DNA of 19,936 nucleotides from Candidatus Oleincola secundus (GCA_018400815.1 JAGYLS010000030.1:1-19936), one strand, 5' to 3'; positions 1 through 9,229 are shown, counted from the first letter of the stretch. Notes: generated by a model not told the origin, from the letters alone. Numbers and translations: made by a program.

Positions 1-324
1 ATCCGGCATCTTTTTATAACCTTTTTTTCGTAAGAGCTCATCGGATATAGAGCTTGGCGAGGGACCACTTGAATTTAAGCCATGAAGTTTATTCTTAGTC
101 CATATTATGGCAAATGCATCGCCACCAATTCCATTGGAAGTAGGTTCAACAACTGTAAGACAAGCCGCTGTGGCAATGGCAGCATCAATGGCATTGCCCC
201 CCTGTTTAAGTATTGATATTCCAGCCTGAGCAGCCAGTGATTGAGATGTTGCCACCATCCCGTTCTTTGCAAAGACGACTCTTCTCTGAGAAGGATATGG
301 ATAATACAGAGAATCAAAATCCAT
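1..324 (-). CDS. ggt: Gamma-glutamyltransferase family protein (YwrD/HpxW-like), N-terminal part; runs off the window edge
   Basis: Not in the ORF track. Manual translation from ATG 324 (GGAGG SD at 330-334) gives MDFDSLYYPYPSQRRVVFAKNGMVATSQSLAAQAGISILKQGGNAIDAAIATAACLTVVEPTSNGIGGDAF..., containing the hallmark GGT N-terminal motifs GMVATSQ, GGNAxDAA and VVEPxSxGIGGD. The frame is open to position 1. Confidence 0.93.
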   Translation of the reverse strand, partial: MDFDSLYYPYPSQRRVVFAKNGMVATSQSLAAQAGISILKQGGNAIDAAIATAACLTVVEPTSNGIGGDAFAIIWTKNKLHGLNSSGPSPSSISDELLRKKGYKKMPD

Positions 325-379
325 CACTGCCTCCTATCTCATCTAATTATTTGATAAATATAAAATGAGAAGCCTATAT

Positions 380-1153
380 TTATAAACCAATTAATTCAAA
401 AACTCCCAGTAATTTTGCTGACATCGCCAAAATAGCAATAACAAGGAAAACTCTTATCCATTTGTCTCCTTTGCTAACCGCAAAATTACTCCCTAGATAA
501 GCACCAACAGCATTACCAATAGCAAGCGTAAATCCCAATACAAAATTAACTTTCCCATTGAGAAAAAAAACTAAAAGCGAAGAAATTGTATATATTAAAA
601 TAATAAAAACTTTAAGGCTGTTAACCTTAACAAGAGACATTCCAGTAATAAGTGTAAGGGCTACAATAATGATAAAACCAACACCTGCCTGAATAAACCC
701 ACCATAAAGGCCAACGCCAAAAAAAGCTATCATAGCAATAATCAATCTGGGCGTGCTTAAATTTTCACTATCAATTTCTTTAATAAACCTTTTTTCCGGA
801 CGCGTCAAGATAAGAACCAGGACTACTATCATCACAATAGCTAAAATTCTTTCAAATAGTTCTCCCGATATAGACACAGCAACTCTAGCTCCTAGAATAG
901 AACCCAGGATAGCTGGAACCCCTAAAATAAAACTCAGTTTAGGATAGAAAAAACCTTTACTACGAAAATTAGTTACTCCAACAATATTTTGTACAATTAA
1001 AGCAATCCGATTTGTCCCATTGGCTACTGCCGGAGGCAAACCCATAAAGATAAGTACCGGTAAAGTAATCAATGAACCGCCTCCGCCCAATGTATTGAGA
1101 AATCCTGCCATAATGCCTGCGGCTAAAATTAACCCAATTTGAAATAAGCTCAT
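380..1153 (-). CDS. Sulfite exporter TauE/SafE (TSUP) family membrane protein
   Basis: 257 aa, about 8 TM segments. Motifs GFLNTLGGGGSLITLP, ANGTN and GLYGGFIQAGVG with two-fold internal repeat. AAGGAG SD upstream. Confidence 0.9.
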   Translation of the reverse strand: MSLFQIGLILAAGIMAGFLNTLGGGGSLITLPVLIFMGLPPAVANGTNRIALIVQNIVGVTNFRSKGFFYPKLSFILGVPAILGSILGARVAVSISGELFERILAIVMIVVLVLILTRPEKRFIKEIDSENLSTPRLIIAMIAFFGVGLYGGFIQAGVGFIIIVALTLITGMSLVKVNSLKVFIILIYTISSLLVFFLNGKVNFVLGFTLAIGNAVGAYLGSNFAVSKGDKWIRVFLVIAILAMSAKLLGVFELIGL

Positions 1154-1242
1154 TATATCTCCTTATAATAAATATTTTTGAGGAACTTGTCTCTGCTCTT
1201 TTCTATTCAAATCTATTTAGGACTTCAGGTAAAAATATTTCA

Positions 1243-1282
1243 AACCATGACCACCCTCAAAGAAGGTGGTTTTTTTATGGTT
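1243..1282 (-). promoter_or_regulatory. Stem-loop in the predicted 5' leader of the TSUP-ggt unit
   Basis: On the minus strand AACCAT-AAAAAA-ACCACCTTC-TTT-GAGGGTGGT-C-ATGGTT: a 9-bp upper stem (one U.G pair) and a 6-bp lower stem separated by an A-rich bulge. Confidence 0.45.
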
Positions 1283-1292
1283 AAACAAAATT

Positions 1293-1301
1293 ATTATAGC
1301 A
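1293..1301 (-). promoter_or_regulatory. Putative extended -10 promoter (TGCTATAAT) for TSUP-ggt
   Basis: Perfect TGnTATAAT on the minus strand, downstream of the NCS2 terminator and about 140 nt upstream of the TSUP start. Confidence 0.5.
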
Positions 1302-1391
1302 TAATGTTCAGTTATATATGAAAAACACGAATCAACAAAAGATAAAATACATTGTGATATTTGAAGCATTTCTAATAAAATACTGTGTCTC

Positions 1392-1440
1392 TAAAAATAA
1401 GAAGAGTACGACACAAGCTGACATACTCTTCTTATTTTTA
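1392..1440 (-). terminator. Intrinsic terminator after the NCS2 permease (could act bidirectionally)
   Basis: Perfect 17-bp inverted repeat TAAAAATAAGAAGAGTA (1392-1408) / TACTCTTCTTATTTTTA (1424-1440), 35 nt after the stop at 1475, ending in a T-run. Confidence 0.75.
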
Positions 1441-1474
1441 TCAAATATTTATTATTCATTATAAATTTAGAGAC

Positions 1475-2788
1475 TTATAGCCATATAAATTTAATAGCAA
1501 AAAGGATGCCTAGAATATATATTAAGCCATGCACTTCTTTACCTTTTCCACTGAGCAGCTTGATTAAAGGATAAGTAATAAAACCAAGAGCAATTCCGTT
1601 AGCAATTGAATAAGTTAAGGGAATGGCAATCAGACAGACAAAGGCAGGAAGAGCTTCTGAAAAATCATCCCACTTTATACTTAAAATATTGTGCATCATC
1701 AGAGTTCCTACAACAATTAAGGCAGGTGCAGTAGCTGCTCCGGGAACAATTCCTACCAGTGGTCTTAAAAAGAGAGATAGGAAAAATAAAATAGCTACAA
1801 CAATTCCCGTCAAACCGGTTCTTCCTCCCTCAGAAACACCGGAGGCAGATTCAATGTATGTTGTTACTGTGCTGGTGCCAAATATTGCACCTCCTGTTGT
1901 TCCAATAGCATCAGCCAGCAATGCTTTGCTTGCTTTGGGCAAATTGCCATCTTTATCCAAATAACCAGCCTGTGTACTTACTCCTACCAGGGTACCTGCC
2001 GTATCAAACAAATCTACAAAAAGGAAAGAGAAGATGACTGTAATTAAAGCTATATCCAGGGCACCGGCAATATCCATTTTAAATAAAACTTCACTCCAAT
2101 CACTAAATTGAGGTACTGCAAACAAACCCTGAAAAGGAGGCGTTACATCTAATCCGGGGATATATCCGATTATGGTGGCACCTAAAATTCCCCAGAGAAT
2201 TGCCCCTTTGACCTTCAATGTATGGAGCACACCCATAATAACCAAACCTGCGATAGCGACCAAACCTGTACCACTGAATACATTACCAATAGCAACCAGA
2301 GTAGCATCATCCTTAACTACCAATCCGGCATTCTGCAAACCAATAAATGCAATGAACAAACCAATACCCGCACTGATCGCAGCCTTTAGGCCCATAGGTA
2401 TACAATTGATAATCATTTCCCTTACAGGTGTTACGCTGAGAATAATAAAGAGAACACCTTCCAGGAAGACAATTCCCAAGGCAATCTGCCAGCTAACACC
2501 CATACCCAAAACAACAGAATAGGCAAAAAATGCATTTAAGCCCATTCCTGAAGCAAGTGCAAAAGGATAATTAGTTAATAAGGCCATACAAACGGTACCT
2601 AAAACAATACCCATAATTGTAGCGATAAATACACCATTCCAAGGCATGCCAGCGTCACTTAAAATAGTTGGATTGACAAAAATAATATAGGCCATAGTCA
2701 TGAATGTAGTAAAACCGGCGATAATTTCAGTCTTTGTGTCTGTTCCATTTTCAGAAAGCTGAAATTTCTTTTCTAAAAAGTCTTGCAT
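1475..2788 (-). CDS. NCS2/AzgA family nucleobase (guanine/hypoxanthine/adenine) permease, PbuG/PbuO-like
   Basis: 437 aa. Motifs EIIAGFTTFMTMAYIIFVNP, ALASGMGLNAFF, FVDLFDTAGTL, TTYIESASGVSEGGRTGLT and PLTYSIANGI. AAGGAG SD upstream. Confidence 0.95.
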   Translation of the reverse strand: MQDFLEKKFQLSENGTDTKTEIIAGFTTFMTMAYIIFVNPTILSDAGMPWNGVFIATIMGIVLGTVCMALLTNYPFALASGMGLNAFFAYSVVLGMGVSWQIALGIVFLEGVLFIILSVTPVREMIINCIPMGLKAAISAGIGLFIAFIGLQNAGLVVKDDATLVAIGNVFSGTGLVAIAGLVIMGVLHTLKVKGAILWGILGATIIGYIPGLDVTPPFQGLFAVPQFSDWSEVLFKMDIAGALDIALITVIFSFLFVDLFDTAGTLVGVSTQAGYLDKDGNLPKASKALLADAIGTTGGAIFGTSTVTTYIESASGVSEGGRTGLTGIVVAILFFLSLFLRPLVGIVPGAATAPALIVVGTLMMHNILSIKWDDFSEALPAFVCLIAIPLTYSIANGIALGFITYPLIKLLSGKGKEVHGLIYILGILFAIKFIWL

Positions 2789-2952
2789 TTCTCTTTGCTC
2801 CTTTTCTTATAAATATTATTAAAATTTTATTATAACGCCTATTATTTTAATATTTTAAGGTAAATTAATCAATCTTTTCTACAAATATTATTCTCCTATT
2901 TTCTATAAATATGGCTTATCTCATTATATGAATTTGAAAAGTAGTAAACTAT

Positions 2953-3783
2953 TTATACTTCTACCACCGTCCCTACGTTGCAGAAAAAGAACCGTTCTCC
3001 AAATTCATAGTATAATTGCATAGATGTCTCTAATCCAGTACAATGAGAAACACCAATTCTTTCAATATCAAATTGTTTTAAAGATTCAATGCTTTTTTCT
3101 CTCGTCTCTTTATCAGCAGGTCCGAGATGAGTCCCTCCAATAATTGTGTGAATGTGTTCCTGTCCGGTATTTTTAATTGCATAATTGATAATATTTATAA
3201 TACCCGAATGGGAACAGCCCAAGATGATAAATAGACCTTTGGCAGTCTTTATAATTAGTGTCTGGTCATCTAAAATACTATCCTGAACATATCCTTTTTT
3301 GTCTTTAACCACTAATTTCTTATCACCTTGTTCAAATGGAGTTTGGCGAGGAATTTCTCCGCTTAATATCATCCCTGACACAATCTCTTTAGGTTCAGTA
3401 TTGAAGACAAAATCAGCCCCTTTACTCTCTAAGATTTCACGCCGAAATGGAATACCTATATTCTTTTCTACATTGCCTCTAAGGCTGAAGCTATTCTTAA
3501 AAAGCTCAGGATGGGAATAGACTGGCACTTTCCCGGTTTGTTCCAGTACACTGAGCAGTCCACCGGTATGGTCATAATGGTGATGGCTGATAATAATACC
3601 TTTAATAATAGACAAATCTTTATGGAAATATTGTGCATTATTAATAATTGCCTTCCCTTGGCCTGTATCAAAAAGAAAATTTCCCTGATTAGTTTCCAAA
3701 TAGACAGCCCAACCATGTTCGGCAATTGCACCAGCTTGACCATTTACATAATTTTCACAAAGAACAGTTGCTTTAATTCCCAT
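2953..3783 (-). CDS. MBL-fold metallo-hydrolase (COG1237-type, 7,8-dihydropterin-6-yl-methyl-ribofuranosylaminobenzene phosphate synthase-like)
   Basis: Motifs AEHG, LFDTGQ, SHHHYDHTGG (HxHxDH), DDQ, GCSHSG, GGTHL and HCTG. Start moved from 3807 to ATG 3783 because GAAAGGAAGG lies just upstream of it. Confidence 0.88.
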   Translation of the reverse strand: MGIKATVLCENYVNGQAGAIAEHGWAVYLETNQGNFLFDTGQGKAIINNAQYFHKDLSIIKGIIISHHHYDHTGGLLSVLEQTGKVPVYSHPELFKNSFSLRGNVEKNIGIPFRREILESKGADFVFNTEPKEIVSGMILSGEIPRQTPFEQGDKKLVVKDKKGYVQDSILDDQTLIIKTAKGLFIILGCSHSGIINIINYAIKNTGQEHIHTIIGGTHLGPADKETREKSIESLKQFDIERIGVSHCTGLETSMQLYYEFGERFFFCNVGTVVEV

Positions 3784-3909
3784 TGTTAACCTTCCTTTCA
3801 AACTCATTTATTATAACTTAATAAATTTCTGGAAATTTTATACTATATTTTGTTATTATAATATTATTCTTGTTCAATTTCTATCATTATTTTAAAATGG
3901 AGATAATAA

Positions 3910-4551
3910 ATGAAAATTATTGACCTGAGCCACATTATTCATCCTGCTATGCCAGTTTATCCAGGAACCGAATCACCAATTTTTCAAACTGGCACTACAA
4001 TAGAAAAAGAAGGCTATAGAGAAACAAAAATTACTATATATTCCCATACTGGAACCCATATTGATGCTCCCGGCCATATGCTAAAGCACGGTAATTTTCT
4101 GGAAAATATAGAGATTGATAGCTTTTTTGGGAAAGCAATCATTCTGAATTTTGATAAGCGTAAAAATCCTCTAATTAATCTTGATTCACTTCTACAGCAC
4201 CAGGATAAAATAAATAAAGTTGAATTTGTTATTATTAAGACTGGCTGGAGTACATACTGGGGTCAAAATCAGTACTATGAAAACTATCCCTATCTAAGCA
4301 AAGAAGCTGCTGAATGGCTGTCCGAATTTAATCTGAAAGGCATCGGCATTGATGCTATATCAATAGACAGATCGGATACAAATAATTTTATTGTCCATAA
4401 AACGCTATTAGCAAAAAATATCATTATTATTGAAAATTTAACTAATTTAGATTCTGTCCAAAATGACTACTTCATGCTGAGCGTTTTACCCTTGAAATAT
4501 AAAAACGCTGATGGTTCTCCTGTAAGAGCTATTGCTATAGAAGATATTTAA
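3910..4551 (+). CDS. Cyclase family protein (kynurenine formamidase KynB-like metal-dependent amidohydrolase)
   Basis: Motifs IIDLSH, MPVYPG, HTGTHIDAPGH, GIGIDAISID, IIENLTNL and DGSPVRAIA. GGAG SD upstream. Confidence 0.93.
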   Translation: MKIIDLSHIIHPAMPVYPGTESPIFQTGTTIEKEGYRETKITIYSHTGTHIDAPGHMLKHGNFLENIEIDSFFGKAIILNFDKRKNPLINLDSLLQHQDKINKVEFVIIKTGWSTYWGQNQYYENYPYLSKEAAEWLSEFNLKGIGIDAISIDRSDTNNFIVHKTLLAKNIIIIENLTNLDSVQNDYFMLSVLPLKYKNADGSPVRAIAIEDI

Positions 4552-4614
4552 TGGTGGCATTAATCTCTTTCCTGTTTTATAAAAAAATTTTATAACGATA
4601 CCACCTATATAAAA

Positions 4615-4665
4615 AGAAGCTATATCAATACTATTATAATATTTTAGTAATTGAATATAGCTTCT
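4615..4665. terminator. Probable bidirectional terminator hairpin between the convergent cyclase and TAXI genes
   Basis: AGAAGCTATAT...ATATAGCTTCT perfect 11-bp arms, extended by CAAT/ATTG and ACTA/TAGT. An A-run at 4611-4615 gives a U-tail on the minus strand. Confidence 0.65.
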
Positions 4666-4698
4666 ATATTATTCTATAACAATAATTAAGTATAAATT

Positions 4699-5709
4699 TT
4701 ATTTTGCTTCAGGCGGTATAAGTTCTTCCGGGACCTCAACACCAATTTCTCTGAAATACTTTATGGTTCCCGCATGTAAAGGAATTAATGAACCTAAAGT
4801 CGCCTCAATCCAGTCTGTTTCGCCGGCTGCAGCATAAACTTGTACTAACAAATCTCTACCTTCAAAACAAGCTTTTACCCACTGGTAAACAACTTCTTCG
4901 CTCAAGTCACTAGTACAAAAATCACCCATGACAACTGACCATGAATTTGCATCTTCTGTCTGTCCGTTAAAGGTACCGGCAGGAATTACTCCGGTTGAAA
5001 AATAAGGGTAGTCTTCTTTGACCTTATCTAATAGTTCAATAGGCCAGTTAATTGGTCTTAATTCTAAATATGTTTGTAATTCAAGAAATGATGCATCAGG
5101 CTTATTCCCACAACTGGTTTTTAGAACACCATCAAGCCTTCTATCCTTCATGGCATTTGTTGCATCTGCTAAACTGCCCCTAAAAAATTCTGGTTCAATT
5201 CCTAAGGATTTTAAAGTCATTTCACAAGTAGCTTCACATGCACTACCTCTGGCACCACAGCAAAATGAGGCACCGTCTAAATCGTATGGAGTTACAATTC
5301 CTGAGTCTGCTCTTACTACATACGGATTTAAATTTTTAGCCCAGGATAACATGTTTCTTAGATTAGAAAGAGGTTTTCCTTCCCACTTTCCTATCCCATT
5401 AAAAGCCTGGTATTTGATAGAATCCGGGGCTAAACCAACATCTATTTCCTCACGGGCTAAGCGATTGGTATTATCTACAGCGGCACCGGTTTCAATAATA
5501 GTTGGTTTCAGTTCTGGTGCATATTTATCAAAAACTTTTAACATCTGCACATAATAACCATATGCACTTGAAGATTTGTTAGTGGTACCAACATTTAAAA
5601 ATACCTTCGTAGCTGCCAAGGAAGCAGAGGAAAAAGAAAGTATTAATAAAACACAAACGATTATAGTAGAAATATAAATTGAACTTCTATTTGTTCTAGA
5701 AAAAAACAT
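4699..5709 (-). CDS. TAXI-family TRAP transporter solute-binding protein
   Basis: N-terminal signal peptide ending ASLA. Motifs ETGAAVDN, VVRADSGI, IPAGTFNGQ, PLHAGTIKYFREIG and C-terminal LIPPEAK. Adjacent to a fused TRAP permease. GGAGG SD upstream. Confidence 0.9.
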   Translation of the reverse strand: MFFSRTNRSSIYISTIIVCVLLILSFSSASLAATKVFLNVGTTNKSSSAYGYYVQMLKVFDKYAPELKPTIIETGAAVDNTNRLAREEIDVGLAPDSIKYQAFNGIGKWEGKPLSNLRNMLSWAKNLNPYVVRADSGIVTPYDLDGASFCCGARGSACEATCEMTLKSLGIEPEFFRGSLADATNAMKDRRLDGVLKTSCGNKPDASFLELQTYLELRPINWPIELLDKVKEDYPYFSTGVIPAGTFNGQTEDANSWSVVMGDFCTSDLSEEVVYQWVKACFEGRDLLVQVYAAAGETDWIEATLGSLIPLHAGTIKYFREIGVEVPEELIPPEAK

Positions 5710-5810
5710 TAAAGTAAACCTCCATTTTATTTATTAATTTTAAAAAGATACATAAAATTACAAAATGTCTTTGATCGCTAAATCACCCCCCAAAAAAAAG
5801 AATCTTAAAT

Positions 5811-7748
5811 TTAACTTGTTTTAAAAGATCTTCTCAAATTTTCTATATTCTTAATTTTCCTGAAATTATAAATCAAGAATATAGATCCGAGAAATATTCC
5901 AATTAAGGTTGTCATATAACCCGGAATCATTATCAAAATTGCACTAATAATAAAAACCACTCTGGTGATATTATCAATATCAATAAAAATATTACCTACA
6001 AATGCCCCAGCTAATAGAACGGTACCTATTATTGTAGTAAACGTTACCAGCAAAATCGAATGCCATGAACCTATCATTAATAATTCGTTCGAATACATAA
6101 AGATAAAAGGAATAATAAATGCTGAAATACCCATACCCACTGATATAAAACCAGTTTTTAGCCAATTGGATTCCGCAATACCTGAAGTAATATAGACAGC
6201 AGCACAAACAGGTGGAGTAATTGCTGAAATGGCTGCAAAATATAAGACAAAGATATGTGCTGAAATAGGCAACAATCCAAATTCCATTAATGCAGGAACT
6301 GTAACAGAAGAGGCTAAAATATAGGAGGCAGTTGTGGGCAAACCCATTCCCAGGATTATCGATACCACCATAGTAAAAAATAATGCCAAAATCAAATGCC
6401 CGGCACTTAGTGAATATATTGCCGAACTTAATTTAACCCCTAATCCGGTTAAGGAAATCATGCCAATAATAACATCTGCACATCCCCCTAATAAGGCAAT
6501 TAGCACAAGACCTTTCCCGGCTTTTACTAAAGCATTCAATATATCCCAAAGGCGTTTCTTCATATTTTCTTTATTAATATCTTTGAATGTATAGAGTATA
6601 AAAGCAAGAACAATTGATGAAATACCAGCCCTTGCTACAGTATAACCTTTGGCAATAAAGAAAATTAATACAAATGTAGGTAAAAGCAAATGCATAATAT
6701 TGTTGAATGTTAAACCTTTCTTAAGATCAGGCATTTCACTATCTTTCAAACCTCTTAGATTCCGTTTTAGTGAACGAAAATGTATAGTTGAAAAAACACC
6801 AATAAAATATATTACAGCTGGAATCAAGGCAGCAATTGCCACATTAACATAAGGAATTGATAATCTCTCTGCAATAATAAAAGCACCTGCACCCATTATG
6901 GGAGGCATAATTTGACCACCGGTACCTGCTACCGCTTCAGTTGCAGCTGCAAACTCAGGCTTATAGCCAACTCGTTTCATCATGGGAATGGTGAATCCAC
7001 CAATAATCGCACTATTGGCTGCAGCACTTCCACTTAACATTCCAAACAAGGTACTACCAATAACTGCGACTTTGGCAGGACCTCCGGTTTGTTTGGCACT
7101 TAATTTCATTGCAAAACTAAAAAAGGCCTCTGCCCCACCTGTTGATGAAATGATTTGTCCAAAAATAATAAAAATAGCAACAATACTTGCCATAATACCA
7201 GTTGTTAATCCCCATATACCCCTTGCCGTAATATAAAGATGTTGAAGTATAAAGACAATGCCAAAACCCTTATGAGCAAAATCTCCCGGGAACCATGGAC
7301 CAAAAATCGCGTAAGCAATGGATAAAATAGTTAAAAAAGCAAAAACAGGACCGATAATTCGCCTAACAGCTTCTAATAATAAGACAATTACAATGACTGC
7401 TAATGACAAATCTAGCCAACTTGAAGAAGTTGTTTCCATCATAAAACGATCATAATTTATTACTACCCATACTGTGGAAAAAATTGATAAGATAATATAA
7501 AGTATATCTAAAATTTTTTTATAATTATTCTTACCTTTATAGGTTGGATGAATTAAAAATGATAACACCAGGCCAAATCCAATAAATATTGATCTTTGTA
7601 TTAAATTAGGAAATGGACCTCTTAATGCAGTAAATATGATAAACAATGAAAAAAGTAGTGCGACAATAGTGGGAGGAGATAATATTTTAGATTTATCGAT
7701 AATTGTATCAAGACTGCTTCCTTTAACATTCATTTCTTTTTTTTCCAT
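5811..7748 (-). CDS. TRAP transporter 4TM/12TM fused permease (DctQM, TAXI-associated)
   Basis: 645 aa polytopic protein. Motifs LLEAVRR, GGPAKVAV, GGQIMPPIMGAGAF, ILGMGLPTTASY and SAITPPVC. Confidence 0.94.
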   Translation of the reverse strand: MEKKEMNVKGSSLDTIIDKSKILSPPTIVALLFSLFIIFTALRGPFPNLIQRSIFIGFGLVLSFLIHPTYKGKNNYKKILDILYIILSIFSTVWVVINYDRFMMETTSSSWLDLSLAVIVIVLLLEAVRRIIGPVFAFLTILSIAYAIFGPWFPGDFAHKGFGIVFILQHLYITARGIWGLTTGIMASIVAIFIIFGQIISSTGGAEAFFSFAMKLSAKQTGGPAKVAVIGSTLFGMLSGSAAANSAIIGGFTIPMMKRVGYKPEFAAATEAVAGTGGQIMPPIMGAGAFIIAERLSIPYVNVAIAALIPAVIYFIGVFSTIHFRSLKRNLRGLKDSEMPDLKKGLTFNNIMHLLLPTFVLIFFIAKGYTVARAGISSIVLAFILYTFKDINKENMKKRLWDILNALVKAGKGLVLIALLGGCADVIIGMISLTGLGVKLSSAIYSLSAGHLILALFFTMVVSIILGMGLPTTASYILASSVTVPALMEFGLLPISAHIFVLYFAAISAITPPVCAAVYITSGIAESNWLKTGFISVGMGISAFIIPFIFMYSNELLMIGSWHSILLVTFTTIIGTVLLAGAFVGNIFIDIDNITRVVFIISAILIMIPGYMTTLIGIFLGSIFLIYNFRKIKNIENLRRSFKTS

Positions 7749-8528
7749 CTATTTAACCTCTCTGAGTTCTTTAATAACTTCTTCTAAAAAAACAACCATC
7801 TTTTCTAATAAAATTTTCCCTTTTTCTTTACTGGCAATAACAGGATTCCCTATTGATCCAGTCTCAGTCACCTCATTAGCCTGGAGATATGTCCATATAT
7901 TGTTGCCCTTAAAATCAGAAAAACCAACAGTATTGATATGCTTAATATTACTAGATAAGGGAGAAGATGTTTCTGTTTTTTGAGCATGTTGCATTTCAAC
8001 ATATTCTGGATAAAGAGCTAAAGCAATAGATGTTCCGATCTCCCCGGCATGAGAGAGGTCACTTTTTTCTGTTAATTTAATTCCTTTAGCAATTTTTTCA
8101 AATGTTCTCCAGATATCTATCATGCTGACCAAACAATTCTTTCTTCTAAAATCTCTTCCAATATCTGCTATGGCATTCCCGTTCCCCATATGAGGATTGA
8201 TAAAGATAAAATTTCTAAATCCGTGCTGATAGAGGCATTCGCAATATTCCCTTATTAAAGTAGTTAAAGTATTATTTTCCAAACTAATAGTTCCGGGAAA
8301 ATCCATAAACCACTTGGAATAACCAAGCGGCAAACAGGGACCTACCATACATCCAGTTTTCCTGGAAATAGCCTCGCATAAATACATGGATACATGAGTA
8401 TCTAATCCTAAAGGCAAATGTTTCCCTTCATTCTCGATAGATCCTATAGGAATCAGAATCATATTTGATTTTTTTAGATATTCTTCTACTTTCGGCCAGG
8501 TTTGATTCTCTAAAAATAGTCCATCCAA
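7749..8528 (-). CDS. Creatininase/creatinine amidohydrolase family protein with atypical metal-ligand residues
   Basis: Motifs LIPIGSIENEGKHLPLGLD, GYSKW..FPGTISL, INPHMGN, HAGEIGTS and GSIGNP..ASKEKG. Start is most likely TTG 8528 (GAGGTG SD 6 nt upstream); GTG 8537 is the alternative. Confidence 0.88.
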   Translation of the reverse strand: MDGLFLENQTWPKVEEYLKKSNMILIPIGSIENEGKHLPLGLDTHVSMYLCEAISRKTGCMVGPCLPLGYSKWFMDFPGTISLENNTLTTLIREYCECLYQHGFRNFIFINPHMGNGNAIADIGRDFRRKNCLVSMIDIWRTFEKIAKGIKLTEKSDLSHAGEIGTSIALALYPEYVEMQHAQKTETSSPLSSNIKHINTVGFSDFKGNNIWTYLQANEVTETGSIGNPVIASKEKGKILLEKMVVFLEEVIKELREVK

Positions 8529-8533
8529 AATAG

Positions 8534-9229
8534 TCACCTCTTTATTTCGTTATTTTTCTCTTCCAACAACTTTTTCTCGATAATATCCAATACTTTCCTT
8601 ATATGAATTTCAATTAATTTTTTGGCATTCACAATATCTTTCTGTGAAATACTGTCAAGTATGCTCTGGTGTTCAGCCAAAGACGTCTTTAACCTTGATG
8701 GCGTAGAAATCGAAATGAGCCTAAAAATATTTATCTTATTTTTTAATGGTTCCATTACATTACTGATTTCATGATTATCGCTTTTTTCAATAATCAAGTC
8801 ATGGAACTTATTATTCATTTTTGCTGCTTCTATAAAATTATTCTCCTGAACAGCCTTTTCCATCTTTCTTGTAATATTTTCTAATTCTTCTAAATTCTCC
8901 TGATAATAATTCTTTATGAATAATTCAACAGCCAACCGCTCTAAGACAATTCTTATCTCAAAGACATCTCTTATCTCCTTAATTGACCATTTACTAATCA
9001 AAAATCCTTTGTGGGGCATTATTCTAATTAAACCGGTTGCAGTTAATTTGTACAAAGCTTCTCTTACAGGTGTTCTGCTTATTCCGAATTCCCTTGAAAT
9101 CTGCTGCTCAGTAATCATCTTGCCTTGTTCTAATTTTCCATTCATAATTGCGTCTTTTAAGCTTTCAAATACTACATCTCTTAAATATTTTCTGTTATAA
9201 TCTATTCCTCCCAAATTTAAATCACTCAT
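8534..9229 (-). CDS. GntR family transcriptional regulator (FadR subfamily, FCD domain)
   Basis: Winged-HTH motif FGISRTPVREAL and FCD-type C-terminus (FHDLI, EHQSI, HI). Start is ATG 9229 with a GGAG SD at 9240-9243. The ORF-track extension to 9292 merely reads through the operator. Confidence 0.93.
   Translation of the reverse strand: MSDLNLGGIDYNRKYLRDVVFESLKDAIMNGKLEQGKMITEQQISREFGISRTPVREALYKLTATGLIRIMPHKGFLISKWSIKEIRDVFEIRIVLERLAVELFIKNYYQENLEELENITRKMEKAVQENNFIEAAKMNNKFHDLIIEKSDNHEISNVMEPLKNKINIFRLISISTPSRLKTSLAEHQSILDSISQKDIVNAKKLIEIHIRKVLDIIEKKLLEEKNNEIKR

Noticed and set aside
105..317. 70-aa minus-strand ORF in the track
   Set aside because: Wrong frame. The real gene is the ggt-family ORF starting at 324.
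2789..2952. Possible purine riboswitch upstream of the NCS2 permease (TCATATAAT on the minus strand at 2923-2931)
   Set aside because: The remaining aptamer core (TTTCTACC, CCGTAAA, GACTA) and the paired stems are absent. It is more likely just a -10-like AT-rich sequence.
5782..5800. T-run plus GGGGGGTGAT (SD-like) on the minus strand between the permease and TAXI genes
   Set aside because: No credible start codon or ORF follows and there is no stable hairpin, so no function can be supported.
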